Of a stretch of 64,000 bases of DNA, positions 51,420-62,319 are shown in pieces. The stretch lies in the NCBI RefSeq assembly GCF_006345805.1, contig NW_021836129.1, forward strand, positions 62,001 through 126,000. The letters run 5' to 3'. A program made the translations under genes and the position numbers. The number at the start of each line of letters is the position of its first letter. Positions within the stretch are counted from its first letter, which is position 1. This stretch comes from Octopus sinensis (lineage: Eukaryota). The notes beneath the pieces were generated by a model, which did not search any database, was not told where the DNA came from, and was given only the letters and a program-made list of their open reading frames with translations.

Positions 51420-54400
51420 GCGCATAAATAATCTGGCTCTTCCCAACTACATAGATCTATCGAGAAAACAAAGTTGGTGGAATGTCCCGTGATGGACAGA
51501 GTTCCTACACATTCCTCCACCACATGACTCACCAGCTCTCGTCAGTGTCTTATAAACTGACAAGGAGGCGTCATAATTTTTATTTTCTGTCGGAATCAGC
51601 CAGATTGGAGGCATTTCCACATACAGTTCCTTCGGTCTCGACTCCACTCGACGTCCCCCGTCTCATTGACCCCCCTCCATAAACAAGCCCGTAATCTAAT
51701 ACCCACTCAAAGGAGGACTGGATATATCCTCTCCTTCCAACACTTACACTGTGCTCACGGCCATACTTTAACAGAGAAACTTATTTTATCAATTAAAATC
51801 ACGTTCTTTCGAGCATAGTTTTAGAGAGTTCTCGTCAAAAAAGCCTGCGGAAAAAGAAACCCGAAATCCAAAACAACTAAATATATTGCCTATATGAGAC
51901 CTTGGGAATTCCCCCATTTATCCAATCGCCAGTGAATCTCGTCCAGTCCACCAAGTCCATCATCCAGGCAAAGAGTGATTTGAGTGAGGGATATCCCTAA
52001 AAACTAAAAAAACAGAGAATACACAATTTCCCACATGAAAGGCACTCTATTGGTGTACAAACTCTGTGCCATGTCCTTCAACTCCTGGGAAATGACAACC
52101 AGTCCTTTGACGGCCTTGAGTAAGTTTTCCAAACACCTTCTAATGACACCAAGAAGACGATTCTAACTGACATATAATATTATCCACTATGGCTTCTTGG
52201 ATGAGGGAAGTGTTCATTGACTCTTCGTAAAGGACGGGATACTTTAAAGATATTTCCACTATGCTGAATTCGAGGGAAAGAATGGGGAAGATATCTCTGA
52301 CAAGTTTGTCCACAATCTCAATCATAAACTAATAAACAGACATTTCAGACGAGTCTTCTGGTATTCTGGCACTTTGGTTTTGAGCGAAAGTGATATCTGG
52401 ATTCTCGTGCAGTCTGAATATCTCCGGGCTATCATTGATAGGCAGGTCTCTTATATAGGTCAAATACCCCTGGCAACTAAAATCAGTAACCTAACTCTGT
52501 GGTCCGTCGAAGGATGAAGTTGGAAAAATACTCCTGTTTTGGAAAAAGTGTATTTCTCTTCAAGGACACGGTCGCTGTAAAAATCCTCCAGCATGTAGGC
52601 GACTGTCCTTCTGTCCCAGTCGTCGGTGAGTCGTCCGCCGTAGTTTATCTCCCCAGCAGTGTACTTTAAGACGTGTTTTTATATAAATATGGCTTAAAAC
52701 TTTTTTACTTTCCATTAAAAATATTTTCAACTGACTAATACATATCCGCAAGTCTCCGTCTGTGAATTCGTAAGGAATATTAAATCCCAGGGACCCAAAT
52801 TTCCTCCTCTTCAAGATGACTCCATAAAACAAGCTAACCAGTGCTCAATTTCTTCTCTCATAATCTCTTCAGCCCTGGGGCCTTGTCCTTGTCCAAAAGA
52901 AATTGACAAAAGTTTTTTAAAAAAGCGCATTTCCTGCGCGAATTTGTATAAATCCGCCGCAGGGTAAGTTCCAGCCGAAATAATGAAGACGAAAAGAACG
53001 AAGGGAGATGAGTCCTTGAAGACTAGACTCAGGTGAGTAGTCTAAACCGTCTCCATCACCCAAATTCACCTGAGGCTCGATGAAATGGCTTCCAAGGTTG
53101 TTGGAGACGTATTGCTGCATATTCGGGGTTATTTATCAGACCGAAGACATTTGAGGACAATCATTCTCAGAGAGCTGGCAGTGGATGGTTGTTAATAAAA
53201 CTATAAAATGTACTTGTGGGGATCTGAACTATCAAACATATGTTTATATTCGCAAGAATTGTCAATAAAGTGTTCGACTATTCCTTTAAACGAGTCCAGT
53301 GAGGCCAGTCCCTCCAATTCCTTCCAATTTCTGTCGGAGAGCCAGTCTGGAGCGGGGTTTGGTTTTTGGATGGTCTTTTCGACTGAGCCCAACAGGAGAT
53401 ATCTCCACTCGTTCTAGACATTCGTTGAATTTTACGAACTGCTTTTATTTCTCCAAAGTTCTGTTTGATTCGCACACAAACGAGGAATGCAAACATGAGT
53501 TTGTCACGTTCAAAGAGCGACCGACACACATTGGAATACAAATTGAAAGTAAAATGCTCGTTTATGAAAGTTATCCTCTCTTTCAGGTCATCTACAATTT
53601 ATTTCCTGCTTTTTGAGGTGACCTGAGTTTTTTGCGTTGGCAATACTGTTGAGAAATATTTTTCCGAACCACTCCAACGAGTATTGGTACATTGGGTCAA
53701 TCTTAGCCAAATCCGCCACGCAAAAAAACAGTACTTGAGTATTCACAGCTACCGGCATGCCAGCATTTTTATTAGGTCAATGTCATCCACGGGGTTGCCT
53801 TCCGATGAACTGAGTCGAACAATATTTTTTTCTTCCAATTCCTTCCTATTTGAATTTTGATTCGTATTTATATGCCTCATTCGAGCATTATTGACAATCA
53901 GCTGGTTCTTGGCCTCTTCAAGGTCAGAAAGTTCCTCCGTCACGACAATCCCCAATAACTGATCCTCGAGGCTTCTAAAACTGAAAATGACTTTTATATC
54001 GAGGACTGAGGTGGGTCAATAAATAGTGGCCACCGTTTTGAGTTATTGGCGATGAGTGCATTTTCTATCGAAAAGTTGTCTTTAGGCAGTCCGGTAATTT
54101 GTCAATACCATATTTTTACCGAGTTCCCCATCGATGTCACGCTCTCCAGGCGGTCAGTAATAGGGACCTTCCACTCAGCAAGGACTTTTAGACATTTCTC
54201 GTATAGAATAGCCCGATATTCACGCTTTAATACAATTATCTAGATTTTATACCGCGAATGGTCCCAAATAGGCGAACGACACGGCGGCTATCAAAATATC
54301 CCCCACAAAATTTTGTAACGTGTATTCCAAAGTCTCGACAGTCTGTTGCCACCGGGATTCCTCGCTGCCGAGTCCCCGTACCCATCGATCTTCCTTATAA

Positions 54401-55416
54401 TGTCTTCGGGGGTGTTGTCCTTGTCGTAGGTGAAAAGAGCGTCGATAAATTTTTGAGGTTTTTGGAAAGGGTCTTTCCGGGGTCTCAAAAATCGTCGACC
54501 TTGACTTCGGGAATTTCGGTGGGGACTTTTTTGGGCTTGACCCCCTTCATAATGCACACAGTCTCCATCACAAGTTTGACCCCATCGGGAGGACGGGACA
54601 TTGCCCTTACTTCGAATACGTCATTCTTGTTGAGGGACTTGAGACTCGATAAGGCGGAACTCTAATCTAAGACGTATTGCCCAACCAGGATTAGGAGGGC
54701 TTCACTCAGGTCTCGTTGGGCATAGTCAGCGATGTTCTGGCACTTTTCTGCCTTTGCACATGCATCAGTTTCTTCCTTCTTAACATGAGCTCTTGTTTCT
54801 TCTGTTACTTTATAGACTTGTTCCCGTTTTTAGTCTGTTTTTGGCAGATACGACTTGAGATCTCATGATTCTGAGCAGGTAAGAAAAAGATGAAGTCAAT
54901 TCGAGATATCTAGTAGAAGTCACGTAGTTATGACAGTTCATTTCAATCAGGAATTTGTTGGACAGTTCGATCACATTTTGGTGGATAAGTCGACAGGATT
55001 TAATCTATGATTATTTTAGTCAGTCTTTACTATTCCTGAGATTGTTTCTTGGTCGTCTTCCAATTCAGGGAGATCTGTCAAGAACCTTTCCGCCACTGAT
55101 TGGTAACCACTGTGTGCAGATTAGTCCTCACTCTCTTGGTGTATATTGAGTATAAATTTGTCTTGGTGGACTGCATCCCCATCTCACTACAAATTGGTTG
55201 CATTTGCTCATATATTTTGTCCAATTCTTCATTTCCGTAAAGATTTGGAACATCTCTTGAATTTAAGATGTTGTTGAGGCTCTCAAGGAATCCTTCGTCT
55301 TTGATCTGCCATTGAGGTCTCTTCAAGTCCCAACCTGTGTGTCATTGAAGAGAAACACAATCTGAGTCTCCTTTAGATTAGCTTCCATCACAATCCGGCA
55401 TGTTGAACGTGTAGTG
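51420..55416 (-). pseudogene. DNAH1: DNAH1-like pseudogene, copy c
   Basis: Retains RRKFGSLGFNIPYEFTDGDLRICISQLK, YSNVCRSLFERDKLMFAFLVCVRI, ESRPKELYVEM, YKTLTRAG and TGHSTN. PYEFTDGDLRICISQLK is the DNAH1-type motif as I recall it. Confidence 0.9.
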
Positions 55417-57180
55417 CAGGGGTGTCAAACATGCGGTCTACAAAAAATCTACAAAAAATTATTTTTTTATTTTTGTTACATTTAATTAAACTTTTTAATT
55501 GTATTTTTAAATCGTGTTTGTTAATGTCACGTGCTTTTTCTGCAATAATAAAGAAACGATGCTTGAAAGATGAACGGAGAGTGTTTCTAGATAAATGAGA
55601 ACTTTTCTATTTTTACACAAAGGTTGATGGACATTGTTTGATATGTAACAATTTTATCGCTATACCGAAAGAACACAACCTAAAGAGGCATTATCAATCT
55701 AATCATTTGTCATACAATTATTTCGAAGGTTGCTTATTAACCAAGAAGGTCCAATGCATGTTTCAAAAGAATTGCGAAAAAATTTATCTGCGCTACAGAC
55801 TTATTTCACAAAAAGTCATAATCGAAGTACTGCATTAGTCACTACAAGCTATGAAATCAGCAGAATGCTTGCAGTAAATGGAAAATCATATTGTGATGGT
55901 AATTTCATCAAGCAATGCCTTCAAAAAACAGCGAATATTATTTGTTCAGACGACGCCCACTTGTTTAAAGATATTTCATTAACAAGAAATACTGTTGCCG
56001 AACACATTAATGAAATGGCATTGAATTTTAAACACCAATTAAAGTCTGATTTGTTAAAATTCGAATATTTTTCAATTGCAATCGATGAAACAGTCGACGT
56101 CGTTGGAATTGCACAATTAGCAATCTTTTTTAGAGCCTGTGATTCAGATTTTAATATTTATGAAGAATTTCTCGAACTGGTACCAATGCACGATACTACT
56201 ACAAGTAAAGATATCTTTATAAAACTAGTACAAATTCTCTTTGAATATGGGTTTGATTTGAAGAAGCTTGTATGTTTATGCACAGATGGTGCTCCGAATA
56301 TGGTTGGACGACATGCTGGCGTTGCCGCCAAATTGCGAGCTAAAATACAAAAGGTAAATCCCCGGTCATCATTTGACAGAGGTCATCCCCTCAACACCGG
56401 CAGTTTAGTAAACTGCTGACAGATATTAATAATCAGTTCAGCGACATTCCTTTTTATACTCCAGTCCGCTGGTTGTCACTTCAGAAAGTTGTTAAAATAT
56501 TTTATTTGTTGAGATCGGAAATCATTTTATTTATGGAAATGAAAGGGCAAAACATAGACGAAATGAAAAGTCAAACTTGGATCAGGAGTACTGTTGATGC
56601 ACATAATGTAATGAATTTTTCTCAGTATGAAAAACAACTAAAATCGTTGTTAAAGGAATTTCAAGAAAGATTTAATGATTTTTCGTCTTTTGAACAACAA
56701 TTTTCATTATTCGCATCACCATTCTCTCTTAATGTTTCCAATGCAGATGAATGTTTATAAAGCTAAAAATTTGGAGGTTAGAATACCTGCTTTCTTTTCA
56801 TATCTTCCGGGAAAGTTTAAAAACTTTAAAAAGTTTGCAACAAAAATCATTGCTATGTTTGGTTCGACATATTTGTGTGAACAGCTTTTTTCTTTTATGA
56901 AATTGATAAAAACTGCTCAAAGAACAAGATTAAATGATGAACATTTATCTTCTTTAATAAAAGTCGGAACTAAATGAATAGCTCAGCCTGACATATTAGA
57001 AATTGTATCTAAAAAAGATGTCAATCCTCTGGAAGCAGCTCTCACCAAAATTAAAGGGCGATGATTGAATAATTTAGTTTCTTTTATTTTAGTTATTCAT
57101 CATAATAAATATCAGAATCAATCTTTCCTTAATGAGAAATTATTATAAATGCGGCCCTCGAAGCGAAATTGACACCTCTG
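55417..57180 (+). mobile_element. hAT (GTF2IRD2/SPIN-like) with both termini, internally deleted, copy c
   Basis: CAGGGGTGTCAAAC at 55,417 and the inverse of CAGAGGTGTCAATT ending at 57,180. ORF 55730-56419. Degenerate 8-bp TSD (5/8 match). Confidence 0.9.
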
Positions 57181-57850
57181 TTGTAAAGAGTCTTGTTCGG
57201 AGTCGGAAGGAAAAATTTGAGGACATTTTGGTATATTTTAATGCATGCCGTAACAATCTGATCTACGTGTCCCAAAATCGATTTATGCCATCTGAATTAT
57301 TCATTTTTACTTCTTAACCTGCCCACGTGCGTATGATTGTGCCGAATATGTGGCGGATGCTTGTGTCACTCATTTCCACAAAGGAGACCATGTTGAAGCA
57401 TCTCAAACACTCCTGCGTCACCGCGTTCCTACTCCCACCAGGAGGACCCATTGCACAACAGAAATTAATGTCAATCAGTTTGCAAAAGTTCCCTACACAA
57501 AATAGACATGAATGACCGAACTAATCATTTTCCTGTCGTACCAACCTCCGTTTCCGAGACACTGTCGAATCAATTCGATTGAGCTCCCCAGATTTCTAGT
57601 GCTGGCATATTCAAATCATCAATAAAAAATATTCGTTTTTTCCCAGAGAAGGGCCGTAGATTCACTTCCGACTGTCCGGGTCCAACAAATTTTAAAACCT
57701 CGTCGAAAACTTTAAAGAACAATCCGAATGCAGTGAAAGACTTCTAAATGATCTGAAATGTCGTTTTAATTCACTTTTGGACAGAGTTTCAAGTTTTGAA
57801 CAGTTGCACTGCGAGGCAATGACAGAACTAAAAATGCAAAACAATGAACT
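57181..57850 (-). pseudogene. DNAH1: DNAH1-like AAA3 segment, copy c
   Basis: IFIDDLNMPALEIWGAQ, DINFCCAMGPPGGSRNAVT, LPTPNKT. 27-nt intron at 57,292-57,318. Confidence 0.8.
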
Positions 57851-58339
57851 TTGTGTATTTTGTTGATTTAAAATAAGCATAAAATCGAATTAAATTTGAC
57901 GGAGAATGAAGCAATGACTTCTGAGTTTAGAAGAATGAATTTAGAAATTTCCGACAGACAAATAATGACGGGAGAATTCTACGGAATTTTATTTGAAATA
58001 ATCAGACGAGACCAATTAGCTTCCGAGGCAACCACACATGTCTGATTTGGATAGATTAGGTTCTTGGTGGAACAGTGGCTTGTCAAATTGACTTATTTGG
58101 GGGAACTTAATGTTGCAGGAATGACCACGGAGTTAAACAATATTTTGCAAAAATTATTTTGAATGATGGAAATGTATTATATGTGATTATATGTTAAGAT
58201 TAAGTATAATGTCGACTATCTGTCGGAAAAATCCAACACACTTTTTGAATATTTAAAAAATCATTATTTTTTTTTACATATAATATATCTAATAAAAACA
58301 TTTATCCCAAATTAAAATGTAATCAGGCGGGACTGAACT

Positions 58340-58950
58340 ATCTCCTGAATTTGACATCCCCGTTTTTCAAAATACAAATACACCGGAAAGCTAATAGAAG
58401 ACCAAGAAAAAAGAAGAAATGCTTTTTTAAAAGATAGAAAAGAGTTAGTGAGAATATCTTTTAGCCGTTTTGACATGAAATGTCGCATTAATCGAATGAT
58501 GGACCAGAATACAGATTCACAAGACATTGAAATGGACTCAATAAACCCTCATTATTCAAACCAGCTCATGATAAACGAATGGATGTTAGAAAGGCCAAAG
58601 GACCTGATTTGGGTAGATTAGGTTAAGATTTTTCAAAAGTCATAAAATTAGCTTATTTTGTAGATTTAAATGTGAAAAGTCATTTTTCTTGATTAATGTT
58701 TGTAATAGACATTTATTCTAATCATGCTTTTAGAAGAATAGGAAAAATAAAAGCTGGAGTAAAAGTTAAAACAATTTTGATACATTTTTATCTGAATCAA
58801 AGAACTCTTATATGACAAAGTCTGTGACAAGTTCTGCATTACTCAAATACATATGAGACTAAACAATCCAAAGAGTCAGGGAATTGTCGAAAGATTTAAT
58901 CAGATCATCACGGAGTTTATTGTATTTATTTTATAATTAGCAAGAAGCTT
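58340..58950 (+). mobile_element. Degenerate Ginger-like integrase remnant (copy c)
   Basis: Copy of 43,090-43,700. Confidence 0.6.
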
Positions 58951-59168
58951 CTTATTTAGAGATATTATGTGACGATTACTTTTTTCTATTTACAAAAGTT
59001 TGAATATTCATACTGGTAAAATGTAACTATTGTTTCAAAATTTTCTATCAATTTTATGAACGTTTAATAAAGTGGGGAGTATGTTTATAATAAATAGTCG
59101 TTAATTTTTGATTTGACAGTGATCAACATTAATTAAATTTGTCATGATTTTACTCTCATCACATATTA

Positions 59169-59952
59169 TGTCACATGCCCCACGCGTTACCATGCCCCAC
59201 GCGTTACCATTGCTCTAAATTTCTAAAATTTCAATTAAAAATATTTAGACGATTGAAATATATTTACTTATTAATTTAAAAATTAATAATATTATGGATT
59301 TTTATTTTTTCAATGCTTAACCATTAAAATTAAAAAACAATAAATTAAGCATGCTGTTTATTGTCGGGGTTAGGGCTAAGGTAAAGATTAGGGTTAGGGT
59401 AAAGGTTAGGGTAAAGGTTGGGGTTAGGGTTAGGGTAAAGGTTAGGGTAAAGGTTAGGGTAAAGGTTGGGGTTAGGGTTAGGGTAAAGGTTAGGGCAAAG
59501 GTTGGGGTTAGGGTTTGAAAAAATTTGAAAGTGCTTGTTGTGATACTGTCACGATCAAATCAATCTTTCTTATAACCGCGTTAATGTAGAATTTTCGAAT
59601 GGAGATACAAAGATAGTTTACATGAAAAGAATCAAATAAAGGACAAAATAATTAATTTTAAATTTTATAAACTATCAAATTATGTTGCTTTAAGCTTTTC
59701 ACACAATTCACATCATTTAAAATATGTTTTAATGTCCGTAGCAGTCATAATGTTTTGTTGTATTAAAATATTATTTTAATTTATTTATTTTAAAGCATCT
59801 TTTAGTATATCATTAAATTGTACTCTAATTAACTTTATATATAATTTGAATTTTATTGCATTATGATTGATTTTTTAATTTTTCTTAAAAATTAAAAATC
59901 ATATTTCTCAGAGGTAACGAGTGGGGCATAGTAATCGCTGAGGCATGTGACA
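59169..59952. mobile_element. 784-bp non-autonomous TIR element (TG...CA ends, 5-bp TSD TATTA) carrying telomere-like repeats
   Basis: Left TGTCACATGCCCCACGCGTTACCATGCCCCACGCGTTACC versus the reverse complement of the right end, TGTCACATGCCTCAGCGATTACTATGCCCCACTCGTTACC. TATTA at 59,164-68 and 59,953-57. Absent at the paralogous site ~43,900-43,910. Confidence 0.85.
59370..59513 (+). repeat. Telomere-like hexamer array (24 units)
   Basis: 12x TTAGGG, 6x TAAAGG, 3x TTGGGG, and one each of CAAAGG, CTAAGG and TAAAGA, all in register. Confidence 0.95.
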
Positions 59953-61319
59953 TATTACAAAGGGAAACATTAGGATTAAATATTCATTTCGGCGTTCTGA
60001 GCTCACTATTCGTTTTTAAAAACCAGTAAAAACTTTTTTAACACCAGAAAAATGATTCGTCTCTTAAGTCTATATTATCTGACTGCAATCTAATATTATC
60101 CCTTGATGCTCGTTGATTGAGTCTTTTATTACTCAGAGGATGTCGCTCCATTGCACTTTTTGAGAGGTCTGGTCGAGAGAAGAGGAAGAAGTGAAGAAAC
60201 AGGTGTTTAGAGTGGTGCCCATTGTTTATTCCGAAGGTTTGGAGGCCAACGGAAACTCACAAGCTCAAACTGTTCTGAGCATAGAAAGGGATAAGATTTG
60301 ACGAAATTCTTAGAAATTGAATACAAATAAATAAGGAGAGCTAGGTTAACAGTGTGGCAAAACAATTCCCACGTAAAGGATTAAAGGATTTGTTAGTGAC
60401 ATTAGTGATTTACGTCAACTAGAGAGCCACAATAATATCGACAAGCGTTCGATCCTCCGATCGGTAACAAGAAGACAAACTAAGTGGAAAAATCATTTTT
60501 GAAATAAAAATAACATTTTTTAGAATGAAAAAGTCAACATAATAAATTCTTTTAAGAAATTGTTACTCTGATTTGTATTATTTGTCGTTAATAAGTACAT
60601 GCACGAAGACTCAAAAAAATTAAAAAATTTGTCTTTCTTTAAGTCAATTCCTGGCTGGTTTGACTTTCGAGTGTTTTTAAATTACAAAACCTAAAAATTG
60701 GCACATTTAGAAAGCTCGGTCAACGCATTATGTAGTAAAATGATTACTTACAATTGTAACTATTTATCAGCATACAATGTAGAACACATTCAATAGCTGG
60801 CTAATTCGGAATCCGTGAAAAGATTAGCAAAGTCTGAAAGGCATTGAACCGGTGGAAGTAGAAGTGAGCTTGTAATTGGAATGTTTAGAACACCTCAGAA
60901 GAGCTGGATTAGTTGTAGTGGTTTGGAGATTGATGACAAAAATGATAAGTGACATTTTTGGAAAATTCTATTTTGCTGAACAAAAATAATTTATCATGTC
61001 CTAATATTGTTTCTGTAAAATTAGAGTTTCTAAATGTCGCCGAAAAAATTATGAAATTCTGATATATATTCATTTGGAACATTTTTGGTCAGTTTTTCCG
61101 TAATTGTCACGGTTTTGGAAATCCCGGTCGGACCCACGCAAAGCACCTGGTCAGTTGGATTATATATTTACAGGTTTTTCGTTTTTTAGAATAAGATTAA
61201 GTATGTACGATGATCTTATATAGTCAACGGTTGGCACAGTTATGTCACTAAACCTTGTGTTGGGAGGAATTGAGAATTGGTCTCTATTTTGGAACCAACA
61301 TTTTTAATATTTATACTTC

Positions 61320-61720
61320 ATTTAGCAGACTTTCTATTCATTATATGTTTAAGAAATATTCCATTATATAATTCTGCCTTAATACATTTTTTCTAAACTA
61401 TTGAATTCAAGTTACCTTCAGAATCAAAATGTCGAAATAATGTCGGAATTTTGACCAAAAAGTGTGAAATAAAATAATCGGATTGTTAATTAATGAAAAG
61501 ATTTTTTTAATCGTTGATGAGACTGATGCCAGCTAAGACAAAATTGTAAATATTCTTATTGGAATAACTGATGGCATTTATCTTAGCGATTATAAAGCAT
61601 TAAATTTTTTGCCGAGTTGTATGTTAGATTGTAAACGGTACAATTCTTTTTGTGAATGCCTAGAGAAAAAATTTTTGCTCTTCATTAACCGATGCTGTAA
61701 GGTTGATAATTCAGTTGGAA
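61320..61720 (+). mobile_element. Degenerate hAT-like (family G) transposase remnant
   Basis: NIPLYN...FKLPSESKCR...KIFLIVDETDAS*DKIVNILIG...KFLLFI, with frameshifts. Confidence 0.55.
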
Positions 61721-62319
61721 AAAAGAAAAAATTTTTCATCCTAACCTGTTTCTAGTAATATTTATTTCACATTTGATTAATAATTGTACACTGAATTATC
61801 GTGTAGTGGAGAACTTAAGAAAAAAATTTCAACTCTATTTATATTAACTATTTTACTTTCATTTTGGAATTTTTCCATTTTGCATCCAAAATTCAAAAAT
61901 AATAGGTTTTTAGGAAGAATTTTATTTTAAAATGTCTATCTTTTGTAAGAATCCTATACAATTGCGAAATAGCTCTCTCAACAAAAGAAAAACTAGGTCT
62001 GTTTGAAATCCTAATAAAACTACGTTCGATTCAAACTGAGGTGTGAACGAGTAAAAGTCCTGTTGATGACACTTGACTGCACTACTCAAAAATATCTGAT
62101 ACAGTAAAAAACCTTCAAGGTTGTTATTCAAGATTAAAACAGATTATCTGACACGTAGAATACCGTTCAATATAAGCAACTGACTGGCAGTTCCTAACTG
62201 TTTAACGCAGTGCTGATTCTCTCCAAAAATTATGTCCATATTGACGAAAGCTTGAAGTGTAGTCACCCTATCTATGTACTACTGCTATTCAAACAGAGAA
62301 TGAAAAAATACAAAATATA

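Larger units (their letters stand above)
44176..60212. repeat. Segmental tandem duplication unit, copy c (most divergent)
   Basis: Colinear with copy b (offset ~15.25-15.3 kb over dynein/hAT). Lacks Tigger C, retains a 2.44-kb segment deleted in a/b, and has private CRE and telomere-MITE insertions. Confidence 0.9.

Noticed and set aside
18370-57850. Scrambled but functional dynein gene reassembled by programmed rearrangement
   Set aside because: Segments are in normal order, with stops, frameshifts and missing P-loop parts. Even pooled, the copies do not cover the motor. I saw no pointer-repeat system.
59370-59513. A true chromosome end or telomere
   Set aside because: The array is short, degenerate, internal and enclosed by TIRs and a TSD. 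Its G-strand points toward ATG9, with ordinary sequence continuing beyond it.
60212-61300. Gene or TE in the unique-looking spacer
   Set aside because: All frames are broken and I could recognise no motif, TIR or repeat.
61922-62131. Small protein-coding gene
   Set aside because: No recognisable motif. Another frame has a weak hAT-like TSV*IERSF remnant, which is too poor to annotate.
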